A stretch of 64,000 nt of DNA from an uncultured Chloroflexia bacterium (GTDB lineage: Bacteria; Chloroflexota; Anaerolineae; CG2-30-64-16): NCBI GenBank assembly GCA_963810095.1, contig CAWEMM010000010.1, positions 253,466-317,465 of the forward strand, given 5' to 3'. Each line of letters begins with the position of its first letter. The first letter of the stretch is position 1. The notes under the pieces were generated by a model that worked only from the letters and a program-made list of their open reading frames with translations, ran no database searches and was not told the origin of the DNA. Below are positions 1-8,766 of this stretch, in pieces. A program made the translations under genes and the position numbers.

Positions 1-978
1 CTGCACGACGGCACGCCGGGCCAGGTCCTTGGCGATGCGCCGCCAGTAGAAGTGAATGGTCTCGCCTTCGATGTTCTTGGCCTGGCTGCTCAGCCGCCGG
101 ATCGAGCTTTCCAGCTTGCGAAAGCGCTCCTGCTGCTCCCGGTAGGCCGCCCATTGCTTGTCCAGTTCGCGGTCGATCGTGAACGCATAGTCGCTGTAAC
201 CACCCGCATACTCCTTGAGCGTGCGCGTGATGTCGTCGAGCGCCAGGACGCGCGTGACCGTCCGGTCGAGAAACGCGCGGTCGTGCGAGACGATCAGCAC
301 CGCGCCGGGGTAGCCGGCCAGGTACTGCTCCAGCCATTCCAGCGCGACGATGTCCAGGTGATTGGTCGGTTCGTCGAGCAGCAGCAGGTCCGGCTCGGAG
401 AGCAAGAGCCGCGCAAGCCCGAGCCGGGTCTTCTGCCCGCCCGACAGGCTGCTGACCAGGCGCGCCGGCCCGACGTCGGCCATGCCCAGGCCGGCCAGCA
501 CCGCCGCTGCGTCCGCGTACCGCTTCGAGCCGCCGAGCGCCTGGAATTCCGTCAGCGCGGTGTCGTACGCCGCCATCGCGGCTTCAAGTTGGCCGTTCGT
601 CGCCGCCGCCACCGCTTCGGCCAGCCGGGCCAGCCGCGTCTCGGCTGCCTCTCGGCCGGGCAGGCCCGCCTCATCTGCCTCGCCCCCGGCGCATTCCGGC
701 GCGGCACACTCCGCCGCGGCCAGCACGTCGCCCACGACTGCGTCGGGCGCAAACTCGAGCGCCTGGGCCAGGTAGCCGGTCCGGACCGACTTCGGCGATA
801 GCAGGACGTGTCCCCGGTCGGGCGCGAGCTGCCCGGTCACGATCCGGAGCAGCGTGGTTTTTCCCGATCCGTTCGGCCCGATCAGGCCTGCCCGCTCGCC
901 GCGATTCAATGTGAAGTTGACTCGGTCCAGCACCTTGACGTCGCCGAACCACTTGGTAATATCTCGGACTGTAAGCAT
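1..978 (-). CDS. ABC-F family ATPase (ribosome-associated, possible ARE-ABCF); runs off the window start
   Basis: Manual minus-strand translation from ATG at 978: MLTVRDITKWFGDVKVLDRVNFTLNRGERAGLIGPNGSGKTTLL (Walker A), LSGGQKTRLGLARLLLSEPDLLLLDEPTNHLD, IVSHDRAFLD, then the inter-ABC linker; no TM segment. Confidence 0.95.
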   Translation of the reverse strand, partial: MLTVRDITKWFGDVKVLDRVNFTLNRGERAGLIGPNGSGKTTLLRIVTGQLAPDRGHVLLSPKSVRTGYLAQALEFAPDAVVGDVLAAAECAAPECAGGEADEAGLPGREAAETRLARLAEAVAAATNGQLEAAMAAYDTALTEFQALGGSKRYADAAAVLAGLGMADVGPARLVSSLSGGQKTRLGLARLLLSEPDLLLLDEPTNHLDIVALEWLEQYLAGYPGAVLIVSHDRAFLDRTVTRVLALDDITRTLKEYAGGYSDYAFTIDRELDKQWAAYREQQERFRKLESSIRRLSSQAKNIEGETIHFYWRRIAKDLARRAVVQ

Positions 979-1032
979 ACGCAACCCTCATGCACGAAAG
1001 GGGCGCGCCTGTTGCTGCGCAGGTCGGGCTTT

Positions 1033-1068
1033 AAAGCAAAACGCCACAAGCGTACTGCCTGTGGCGCT
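1033..1068 (-). terminator. Intrinsic terminator-like hairpin in the ABC-F 5' leader
   Basis: Minus strand GCGCCACAGG-cagtacg-CTTGTGGCGT followed by TTTGCTTT, ~55 nt before the ABC-F start. Confidence 0.7.
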
Positions 1069-1196
1069 GAATAGCCCTTTGAAGATTGGCATGTTCGATC
1101 ACAGCAGGCGCGCCCCGCCACGTTCCCCAGCGCCGCAAACGCGCGCCGGGTGGTCTCCGCAAGGTGGTTTTCCACCCGGAAGCGGGGTGAGACTCT

Positions 1197-1220
1197 TTAG
1201 GCTGTGATCCTGTCTGTCAT
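1197..1220 (-). CDS. Putative leader peptide MTDRITA upstream of ABC-F
   Basis: GGAGG SD, 8 nt, ATG ACA GAC AGG ATC ACA GCC TAA, directly downstream of a sigma70-like promoter. Confidence 0.6.
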   Translation of the reverse strand: MTDRITA

Positions 1221-1246
1221 CTGTGCAACCTCCACTGGATAGTGGT

Positions 1247-1275
1247 AGTATGCCATGAAGTGACCAGCCTGGCAA
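1247..1275 (-). promoter_or_regulatory. sigma70-type promoter for the ABC-F leader
   Basis: TTGCCA-17 nt-CATACT with TG extension on the minus strand. Confidence 0.5.
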
Positions 1276-1303
1276 ATTGCCTTCTTGACACTCAAGAAAG
1301 GAC

Positions 1304-1783
1304 ATGAAGATGGAACCTCGGATCGTGACGAAAGAAGCGTTCGCCGTCGTCGGCATCCCGTTCAAGGGCCAAATCAGCAGCGGTCCGTACGAGGACGGCG
1401 AGAACAACAACGAGATCGGTAAGGCTTGGGACGCGTTTAACGCCCGGGCCGGCGAGATTACGGGCTGGAGTTCACCTGCCATTGGGCTGTGCTTCGGCAT
1501 GCCAAACGACGATGAGCCGTGGTACATTGCGGGCGCCGAAGTGGCCCACGCCGGCGCTGTGCCCGAGGGCATGGTGGCGCGCGACGTGCCTGCGCAAAAG
1601 TACGCCGTCTTCGAGTGCACCCTGCCCACCCTCGGCGAGACCTACAAGTACATCATGGAAGAGTGGCAGCCTGCTTCGGGCTACGAACGCGCCGATGCGC
1701 CCGATTTCGAGGTATATGACGATAACTGGGCGATGAACGACCCCGCCGGCTCGCCCATGTACGTGTATTGGCCCATCCGGTAG
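1304..1783 (+). CDS. GyrI-like small-molecule-binding domain protein
   Basis: MEPRIVTKEAFAVVG...VPEGMVARDVPAQKYAVF...YIMEEWQPASGYERADAPDFEVYD...VYWPI is the typical GyrI-like pattern. Confidence 0.9.
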   Translation: MKMEPRIVTKEAFAVVGIPFKGQISSGPYEDGENNNEIGKAWDAFNARAGEITGWSSPAIGLCFGMPNDDEPWYIAGAEVAHAGAVPEGMVARDVPAQKYAVFECTLPTLGETYKYIMEEWQPASGYERADAPDFEVYDDNWAMNDPAGSPMYVYWPIR

Positions 1784-1919
1784 CCCGCTAAATCGAGCGC
1801 CAGCCGATATTGCTCTGGCCGGTCTGCTACGCCAGCCTGGCTGGCGCCCGAGCCAGGGGGGCACGGTCAGAGACCCGCCCCAGCGGACATTTTCACGCTG
1901 CGACTCGTTAGTCCCCCCG

Positions 1920-1970
1920 GTCGAGGCTCGGCCCGCTCAAACCGCCCGAGCCTCGACGCCAGTTTTTCTT
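1920..1970 (+). terminator. Intrinsic terminator
   Basis: 12-bp stem GTCGAGGCTCGG/CCGAGCCTCGAC followed by a T-rich run. Confidence 0.6.
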
Positions 1971-2050
1971 GATCCCCTTGGCTTGTCGTTTGACAGCCGC
2001 TTGGGTGTATAATCGGTTCACCGTTGCCCTTATACCGCGGAGCCACCCAC

Positions 2051-3174
2051 ATGATCTCGCATCGCACCGTACTCGCGCGGACATCTGGTCCCGGCGTATG
2101 CCCCTTTGTTTCTCCTCGCTTTGGTGCTCGTCTTCGCCCTCGCCCAGCCGGCCAGCGCCGGCCGCGCGGCTGGCGCGTACCCCCTGCCACCCGCTCAGCC
2201 GACACCCCGGCCCGTCCGGAGCTTCCGCCTACGAGCCGGGAGACCTGCCGCGCCTGCCCGCACTCTTCCCGGCCCGGCAGGCAGCTCCCGTGCGGGAAAT
2301 GGCACCGCCTTCCATCCACACAACCGAGAACATCCTGGTCCTCGGCATGGATGCGCGTCCGGGCGGGAAGATGTGGCGCACGGACACGGTCATGATTGCT
2401 GCTATCGACGCGCCCAACCGGCAGGTCGGCATCCTCTCCATTCCGCGTGATCTTTGGGTCGACATTCCAGGCTACGGCGCAGGGCGGATCAATATCGTCG
2501 ACTTTGTCGGCGAGAGGCGCAGCGGCCCTGGCGGCGGCCCTGCGCTGATGAATCAGGTCCTCCAGGCTAATCTGGGCATTCAAACCCAACATTGGGTGCG
2601 CATCCGCCAGGAAGGTTTGGTCGACCTGGTCGACGCGATGGACGGCATCACGATCACGCTCGACTGTCCGTTTATTGAGAAGACGCCCGATCCGAAGTCG
2701 AAGGGCCAGTACGAATACCTGATGCTGCCCGCCGGCCCGGTCTTCCTCCAAGGGGAGACGGCAAAGAAGTTCGTCACGTACCGGTACGCGTCGACGGACT
2801 TCAACCGGGCCCGGCGCCAGCAGCAGATTATCTGGGCCATCCGCGGCCGCGCGCTGGAACTCGACCTGATCCCCCGGATCCCTCAACTGTGGACCGCCCT
2901 CGCGGACACGTTCGAGACCGACCTGTTGATGGGCGACATCGTGCGGCTGGCACTTCTCGGACGTGACCTGCCGCCCGACAACGTGCATGGTCTCGTGCTG
3001 TCGCGGAAGGCGCTGCAATCTGCCGCGATCGATGGAAGCGCGGTGCTGATTATTTCAGACCCCGAAGTGGTGCGCCAGGAGGTGGAGGGGGTGTTTGCGA
3101 GCCGGCCTATTGCGGAACTGGGGCGGACGGCGACGGGGCGCTGCGGGGGCGTGGCGGCCGCGCCCATGCCGTGA
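2051..3174 (+). CDS. LCP (LytR-CpsA-Psr) family protein; N-terminal signal segment split by apparent frameshifts near 2102 and 2217
   Basis: NILVLGMD, RTDTVMIA, LSIPRDLWV, RYASTDFNRARRQQQ motifs; the hydrophobic LFLLALVLVFALA segment lies in another frame. Confidence 0.88.
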
Positions 3175-3226
3175 CGACCGGGGGATGCGTCTCACTTAGT
3201 CCGCGAAGCGCATCCCCCTCAGTGGC

Positions 3227-4711
3227 TTACTTGCCGGACAGGACCGCTTCGAGCGGCTGGCCGTTGATGAAGTAGCGGACGGCTTGCACCGTGCTGAACT
3301 GCAGAGCGGTTTGCTCGAGTTGCGCCTTCACCCTCGGATTGTCACACACCCCACCCAGTTGCAGTGTCCCGGCCAGCCGGACGGTCCAGGTCGACCCGCT
3401 GCGAGTGATGCTCGCAACCCGCAGATTAGACTGATAGAGGGCATTGTAGAGCCCTGACTCGCCGTAGTACTGGCTCTTCTGGGCAAGCAGCAGGTTGAGC
3501 GCGGCGGTGAGCGGCGCAGCAGTCTTCGGAATGTCTCGCCGCACCGGGACGACCTGGTCGCCGCAGCCGACACTGCCCCCTTCGAGGCCGATCATGTAGA
3601 TGTTGACGCTCGTCGTGCCGGCCGCGGGCGGCGGATTCGTGCCGCCGCCCGTCGGGATGGTGATCTGCTGCCCGACATAGATCTGATCCGGATTGCCGAT
3701 CTGTGGGTTAGCCCCCAGGATGGCGGCGATGGTTACGCCAAAGCGCGCCGCGATGCTGCGGAGTGTGTCGCCCCGGCGGACGGTGTAGATGGTCGTCGTC
3801 AGGGGTTGGGCTGCCGCAGGGCTCGCATCGGCCTCTGCTGAAACGACCGGTCCGGCTGACTCCTTCGGCTGGGCCGGCTGCGCTTCTGGGGCAGGGGTCT
3901 GAACTGCTGCAGAAGCGGGCGCGGGCTCGACCGGCCGGAGCGTCATGGCGATGGACTCGAAGAAGTCCGCTCCGCCCAGCCCGCTCAGAATGACACGGTT
4001 TCCGTTGATGGCCGCAACCAGTTCGTCGATGGTGTCCCCGTTCGCCGCCTGGATCGTCCAGTGGGTCGCGCGAACGCCGCTCTGCAGGTCCCAGGGTTCC
4101 TCGAGGGTGATCTGGCTGCCTGCGCCTTCCGCGGCCAGTTCCTGGCGCCGGCTCTCGACCGCCGCCTCGGGCGAGGCCGCGCCCCCCTTGGTGACAGTCA
4201 GGTCGATCTTGGCCCCGCCCTCGGGCATGCCCTGGCCGCCCGGTTCCTGGGGAGCCCATGACATAAAGGTCACGCTATAGCTCAGCGAGTTCTGTTTGAT
4301 GTCGGGCGCAATGTCGACAACGGACCACGCAGCGGGATAGTCCAGCTCGAAGCCGGCGAATTCGTCGCGGTAGGTGCTGACCGGCGGGATCGGGCCGCCT
4401 TCCAGCGGCTTGCCCGTCGTCACGGTCGGTGTGAGCGGCGCGGCCGCCGTAACCTCCGGCGCCGCCGTGGCTTCCGCGGGCGTCGCGAGGGTGGCCGTCA
4501 TCGCTACGGTTGGCGTGATGGGCGCGGAGAGGGTCGGCGTGACGGGCAGCGAACTGGTCGCCGCCTCGACGGGCGCCGGCGACGCGACTGTGGCCGGGAC
4601 GCCAGCGGTGACGCCTGTCGTAGGCGCGGGCAGGCTGGGAAGCGGTGCGCACGCGGCCAGCAGTGTGACCAGCATCAGCCCGATGGCGAGGGCAAAACGT
4701 CGGGAACTCAT
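3227..4711 (-). CDS. Lipoprotein with PT-rich linker, LysM domain and C-terminal GerMN-like domain
   Basis: Lipobox LAAC; YTVRRGDTLRSIAARFGVT...IYVGQQITIP (LysM); QLEQTALQFSTVQAVRYFING (GerMN-like). Confidence 0.85.
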   Translation of the reverse strand: MSSRRFALAIGLMLVTLLAACAPLPSLPAPTTGVTAGVPATVASPAPVEAATSSLPVTPTLSAPITPTVAMTATLATPAEATAAPEVTAAAPLTPTVTTGKPLEGGPIPPVSTYRDEFAGFELDYPAAWSVVDIAPDIKQNSLSYSVTFMSWAPQEPGGQGMPEGGAKIDLTVTKGGAASPEAAVESRRQELAAEGAGSQITLEEPWDLQSGVRATHWTIQAANGDTIDELVAAINGNRVILSGLGGADFFESIAMTLRPVEPAPASAAVQTPAPEAQPAQPKESAGPVVSAEADASPAAAQPLTTTIYTVRRGDTLRSIAARFGVTIAAILGANPQIGNPDQIYVGQQITIPTGGGTNPPPAAGTTSVNIYMIGLEGGSVGCGDQVVPVRRDIPKTAAPLTAALNLLLAQKSQYYGESGLYNALYQSNLRVASITRSGSTWTVRLAGTLQLGGVCDNPRVKAQLEQTALQFSTVQAVRYFINGQPLEAVLSGK

Positions 4712-4873
4712 GGTGCTCCTCCTGTAACGCTTTCAGTACGCATAATGGAAGCCAGCACGATCAGTACCGCGTGCCAGGCAGCCGCAAGTGCCCGGCACAT
4801 TCGGCAGCTCCATGAGTTTCAGACGGAGTCGGGTGCGGGAGGGTTCCTCTCGCTCCCTCGGGGGGCGCAGCCT

Positions 4874-5824
4874 TCAGGCTTCCGAACCCTCCGGCACGGC
4901 CTCCTGTGCCTCCAGCCGCTTCGCCCGCAGCAAGGACGCGACGATGGCTATCACCAGCAGCCCGACAATGACCCCGAGCGACGCGCCGACCGGCACTTTG
5001 AAAAAGCCGCTGACGAGCATCTTGAGGCCGACGAAACTCAGGATGACGGCCAGCGCCGGCTTGAGGTAGTGGAACTTGTCGAGCGCCCCGGCTAGCAGGA
5101 AGTAGAGCGAGCGCAGGCCGAGGATGGCGAACACATTCGACGTGTAAATCAGGAATGGGTTGGTCGTCACGGCGAAGATGGCCGGGATGGAGTCGACCGC
5201 AAACACGACGTCAGTGCTCTCGACGATCAGCAGCACGATGAACAACGGCGTTGCCGCAAGCGCGCCGTTGATCCGTACGAAGAAGGATTCGCCGTGATAG
5301 GTCTTGGTGACGGGGAAGATTTTCGAGAAGAACCGGACGAGCGGATTGCGCTCGGGGTGGATCTCGGTTTCCTTCTGAACCGCCAGCTTTATGCCGGTGA
5401 AGATCAGGAAGGCGCCCATCACGTAGATGAGCCAGTGGAACTGCTCGAGCAGTGCCGCACCCGCGCCGATGAACAGCCCGCGCATGACCAGGGCGCCCAG
5501 CACGCCCCAGAAGAGCACCCGATGCTGGTATTTGGACGGCACCGCGAACATGCCGAAGATCAGTGCGAAGACAAACAGGTTGTCGACGCTCAGCGCCTTC
5601 TCGATGAGGTATCCGGTGAGGAATTCAAGCGCGGCCGTCTGGCCCATCCAGAAATAGATGCCGACGTTGAACAGGAGCGCGAGGCTGATCCAGACCGCGG
5701 TCCAGATCCCGGCCTCTTTCATGGTGATGGCGTGAGACTTGCGGTTGAACACGCCAAGGTCGAGGGCCAGCATCGCCAGTACGAAGACGAGGAATCCGGC
5801 CCAAACGGTGATCGAGACTTCCAT
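4874..5824 (-). CDS. TerC/Alx family membrane protein (Mn-related)
   Basis: LTGYLIEKALSVDNLFVF, QHRVLFWGVLGALVMRG, DVVFAVDSIPAIFAVT, TSNVFAILGLRSLYF; ATG at 5824 after a GGAGG SD. Confidence 0.95.
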   Translation of the reverse strand: MEVSITVWAGFLVFVLAMLALDLGVFNRKSHAITMKEAGIWTAVWISLALLFNVGIYFWMGQTAALEFLTGYLIEKALSVDNLFVFALIFGMFAVPSKYQHRVLFWGVLGALVMRGLFIGAGAALLEQFHWLIYVMGAFLIFTGIKLAVQKETEIHPERNPLVRFFSKIFPVTKTYHGESFFVRINGALAATPLFIVLLIVESTDVVFAVDSIPAIFAVTTNPFLIYTSNVFAILGLRSLYFLLAGALDKFHYLKPALAVILSFVGLKMLVSGFFKVPVGASLGVIVGLLVIAIVASLLRAKRLEAQEAVPEGSEA

Positions 5825-5869
5825 GGAGCAACCTCCCTGTGACGAATCGTCGTAAGGGCCGGCTCCTCC

Positions 5870-6027
5870 AAATAAAAAAGGACGAACCCCCACGGCAGCG
5901 TGTGTCGTGGTGGTCTCGCCCCTCGCAACCCAGGTACTGTGCGATTGGACAGCCGGGATCGCTCGCTTGCAGAGCTAATCCGTACTGACGACTGTCCATC
6001 CCGAACGGGTAGGCTACTCCCCAACCA
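5870..6027 (-). ncRNA. yybP-ykoY (Mn2+) riboswitch with terminator
   Basis: Minus strand GGGGAGTAGC...CGTCAGTACGG...GGCGAGACC, then a hairpin and TTTTTTATTT; TATAAT just upstream; precedes terC, the classic context. Confidence 0.88.
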
Positions 6028-6118
6028 GTTTGATTATACAGTCTCTATTCGATGCAACAAAACGGCAACCCGTTACGGATTGTTCCCCGGCTTATCGCGC
6101 TGCCAGGTGTCCGGCGGC

Positions 6119-6391
6119 TCAAGCGCGCCCGAACCTGCGGGCGGATCGCAGCCGGCCCTGTTCAGCCTCGCGTTCGCGGTCCTTGGGTGGCGTGCTGGCC
6201 TGCAACGAAGCCAGCAGGCGACCTGAGGCTGCGGCAATCTCGTCGACGGCCAGGTTGAAGGCTTCCTCGTTCGCCTTCGACGGGCGACTGAAGCCGCTGA
6301 CTTTCCGCACGTACTGCAGCGCGGCGTTACGGATTTCCTCGTCGGTCGCGGGCGGCTCGAAGTTGAAAAGCGGCTTGATATTGCGGCACAT
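6119..6391 (-). CDS. DUF2277 family protein
   Basis: MCRNIKPLFNFEPPATDEEIRNAALQYVRKVSG signature. Confidence 0.9.
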   Translation of the reverse strand: MCRNIKPLFNFEPPATDEEIRNAALQYVRKVSGFSRPSKANEEAFNLAVDEIAAASGRLLASLQASTPPKDREREAEQGRLRSARRFGRA

Positions 6392-6476
6392 ACTGGACCC
6401 TCGATGCCTGGTTGTCGGGGACGCACGGAGGAACTCCCCACGCGTCCCCACACGCGCAATGGCCGGCCCGCCCCGG

Positions 6477-6968
6477 CTAGGGCGCCAGCGCCTCGGCAAG
6501 GCGGTCCAGCTGGGACCGCCAGCCGGCCTCGGTCATGTCGCTGTCCTCGCCCACCGGCAGCCCGGCGTGTTGCAAGGTGAGCAGCGTCTTCCCACCCTGG
6601 TCCGCCAGCGTCACCGTGACGAGGGTTTGGGCCGGGTGATTGGGGCCGAGGCCGTACTGTTCGGGCCTCACCGGGTTGCCCTCGCGATCCGCAAACGAAT
6701 CGAGGTACACCAACCGTGCGGGGGGCTCGACCTCTTGGTACGAGCCTTTGCCCCAGTACTCGGCGCCTTCGGGCGAGCGCATGCAGTAGAGGAACTGGCC
6801 GCCCGGGCGCAAATCAACCTTCGCGGCTGCCGCTGTAAAGTGCTCGGGTGCGAACCATTTCTTCAGCCGCTCGGCTTGCGTCCACGCCTGCCAGACAACC
6901 TCACGCGGCACGTTGAACACGCGTGAGAGCACGAGGTCGCGCGTCTCGGGAAGTTGGCCGGCGGTCAT
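6477..6968 (-). CDS. SRPBCC/AHSA1-like domain protein
   Basis: LVLSRVFNVPREVVWQAWT...DLRPGG...GWRSQLDRLAE. Confidence 0.9.
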   Translation of the reverse strand: MTAGQLPETRDLVLSRVFNVPREVVWQAWTQAERLKKWFAPEHFTAAAAKVDLRPGGQFLYCMRSPEGAEYWGKGSYQEVEPPARLVYLDSFADREGNPVRPEQYGLGPNHPAQTLVTVTLADQGGKTLLTLQHAGLPVGEDSDMTEAGWRSQLDRLAEALAP

Positions 6969-7489
6969 CGCCCGCCTCCCATTTGCCCGGCGGCAAGATA
7001 CGCGCCGAGTTGTTCCAGCGTGCCCTTCCAGCCGCCTTCCATCATGGAGTGACTGGATTTGAAAAGCGCTTCTTCCTGCGGCGTCGCGCGCACCGGGCGA
7101 CTGCTCAACGTCGCAATCGTCCGGCCGTCGCGTTCTGCCAGCTGCAGTTCACCCCGCACCTCCAACGGCCACTCCGGCAACATCGGGTGCCGGATCATGC
7201 CGCCGCTCGCATCCGAGAACGAGCTCACGAACACCAGGCGCTGGGGCGGTTCAACTTCTTCGAAGACCCATTTTCCCCACATTTCCCGGCCTTCGGGCGA
7301 GCGCATCGCGTAGTGAAAAACGCCGCCCGGGCGCAGGTCCAACTGGGTGGTGAGCATCGTGTAGCCACGGGGGCCGAACCACTCCGTCAGGCGCTCCGCT
7401 TCGGTCCATGCCCGCCACACCTCTTCCCGCGGGAGCTCGAACGCCTGGGAAATCACAAAATCCGAGTTACTTACCTGCTGCATATCCAT
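6965..7489 (-). CDS. SRPBCC/AHSA1-like domain protein (tandem paralog)
   Basis: VWRAWTEAERLTEWFGP...DLRPGG...GWKGTLEQL; 4-bp overlap with the next gene. Confidence 0.9.
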   Translation of the reverse strand: MDMQQVSNSDFVISQAFELPREEVWRAWTEAERLTEWFGPRGYTMLTTQLDLRPGGVFHYAMRSPEGREMWGKWVFEEVEPPQRLVFVSSFSDASGGMIRHPMLPEWPLEVRGELQLAERDGRTIATLSSRPVRATPQEEALFKSSHSMMEGGWKGTLEQLGAYLAAGQMGGGR

Positions 7490-7501
7490 CTGTTTACCCT
7501 T

Positions 7502-7950
7502 TCAGCCTAGCCGGCCCTCGTGCAGCATAGCGACCGACCTGGCAATTCTGCGTTGACGGGTTTCGGGCGTCCTGGCTTCCTCCACGCCCATCACAAAACG
7601 CCGCCGGTTGCTGTAGGACAGCCGCTCGAAGAAGCGGGCAGCCTCCGCATCGGCGGCGATTGCTGCGGCAAAGTCAGGCGGCACAGTCACTTCACGAGAC
7701 TCCGTGTCGAGCACGACGTCGACCTCCACCTCGTCGCCGGCCGGACGCCGGCCGCTGCGCGCACCTCCTTCGCCACCGGCAGGTAGAAGTCTTCGCCGTA
7801 GGCAGCCACGGTGCTTCGATAGGTGTAGCCGTTCAGCGTGACGTAAACGGGGGGTCGCTTCCCGGCGTCGAGGGCCCTAACGACCTCCTGCGGCACACGC
7901 ATCCCAGTCGCAGTCTTTCCGTTCAGCTCGACTATCGTCCGAAAGCGCAT
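7502..7950 (-). CDS. YdeI/OmpD-associated family protein (DUF1905 + OmdA); frameshift near 7740
   Basis: MRFRTIVELNGKTATG...KRPPVYVTLNGYTYRSTVA continues in another frame as EVEVDVVLDTESREVTVPPDF...ARTPETRQRRI. Confidence 0.85.
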
Positions 7951-7992
7951 CACAATCCCTCCTAAGTACAAACAAAGTGAAACTGCTGGATG

Positions 7993-8118
7993 CCGGCGCT
8001 CCTTCGACTTCGCTCCGCCAGCTGCGCTGGCGCTCGCTCCGCTCAGGATGCGCCTTGTAAGCGCACGCAGGCATCCTGAGCGGAGGCCTCGTCAGGGGCC
8101 GCAGTCGAAGGACGCCGG
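7993..8118. repeat. Inverted pair of REP-like units (GCATCCTGAGCGGAG...GTCGAAGGA)
   Basis: 8000-8051 is an inverted copy of 8071-8112; a third copy lies at 42561-42612. Confidence 0.8.
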
Positions 8119-8352
8119 GACATCGCGCACTTTCTCCTTGGTTGCACTTAAACCAGTCGCACAATGAGCTCACCCTACAACCAGTTCTTTCCACTTTGCG
8201 ATTAGTTTAGCCGCCTTGCCTAGCAAGGCGGCGATTATAGCCCATGTCAAGCGTTGTTGTCTACCGGCCCGCTCTGCCTCTTAAGGCCGGCAGTTGCCGC
8301 CACGCACCTCCCGATGTTATGCTGCGTCATTCCCCAACGTCTGGAGGCAAGC

Positions 8353-8766
8353 ATGGCAACGGTTTCGCTGGTCGAGTATGAAGACGCATCGCCCGAGGTG
8401 CAGGCTGTGTATGACGACATCAAGGCGAATCGCAAGATCCCTGACGTGAACAACTTCTGGAAGGCGCTTGCCAATCACCCCGCGCTGCTGAAGGAGACGT
8501 GGGAGCGCCTGCGGGACACCATGGCGGAAGGCGCACTCGACCCCGCGACGAAGGAGATGATCTACCTCGCCGTGTCGATCAGCAACGCGTGTGAGTACTG
8601 CATCCACACGCACACGGCATCGGCGTTCAAGAAGGGGATGACGCAGGCGCAGTACCTGGAGCTCCTGGCGGTCGTCGGGCTGGCTTCGCAAAACAACGCG
8701 CTCGCCATGGCATTTCAGGTGCCGGTGGACAGGCAGTTCCTTAAGGGTGAGGACGAGCGGCGATGA
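8353..8766 (+). CDS. Carboxymuconolactone decarboxylase / AhpD-like family protein
   Basis: KEMIYLAVSISNACEYCIHTH (CxxC...H); GGAGG SD before ATG 8353. Confidence 0.9.
   Translation: MATVSLVEYEDASPEVQAVYDDIKANRKIPDVNNFWKALANHPALLKETWERLRDTMAEGALDPATKEMIYLAVSISNACEYCIHTHTASAFKKGMTQAQYLELLAVVGLASQNNALAMAFQVPVDRQFLKGEDERR

Noticed and set aside
1784-1919. Possible small RNA downstream of the GyrI-like gene
   Set aside because: Only short GC hairpins, with no recognisable family motif or promoter
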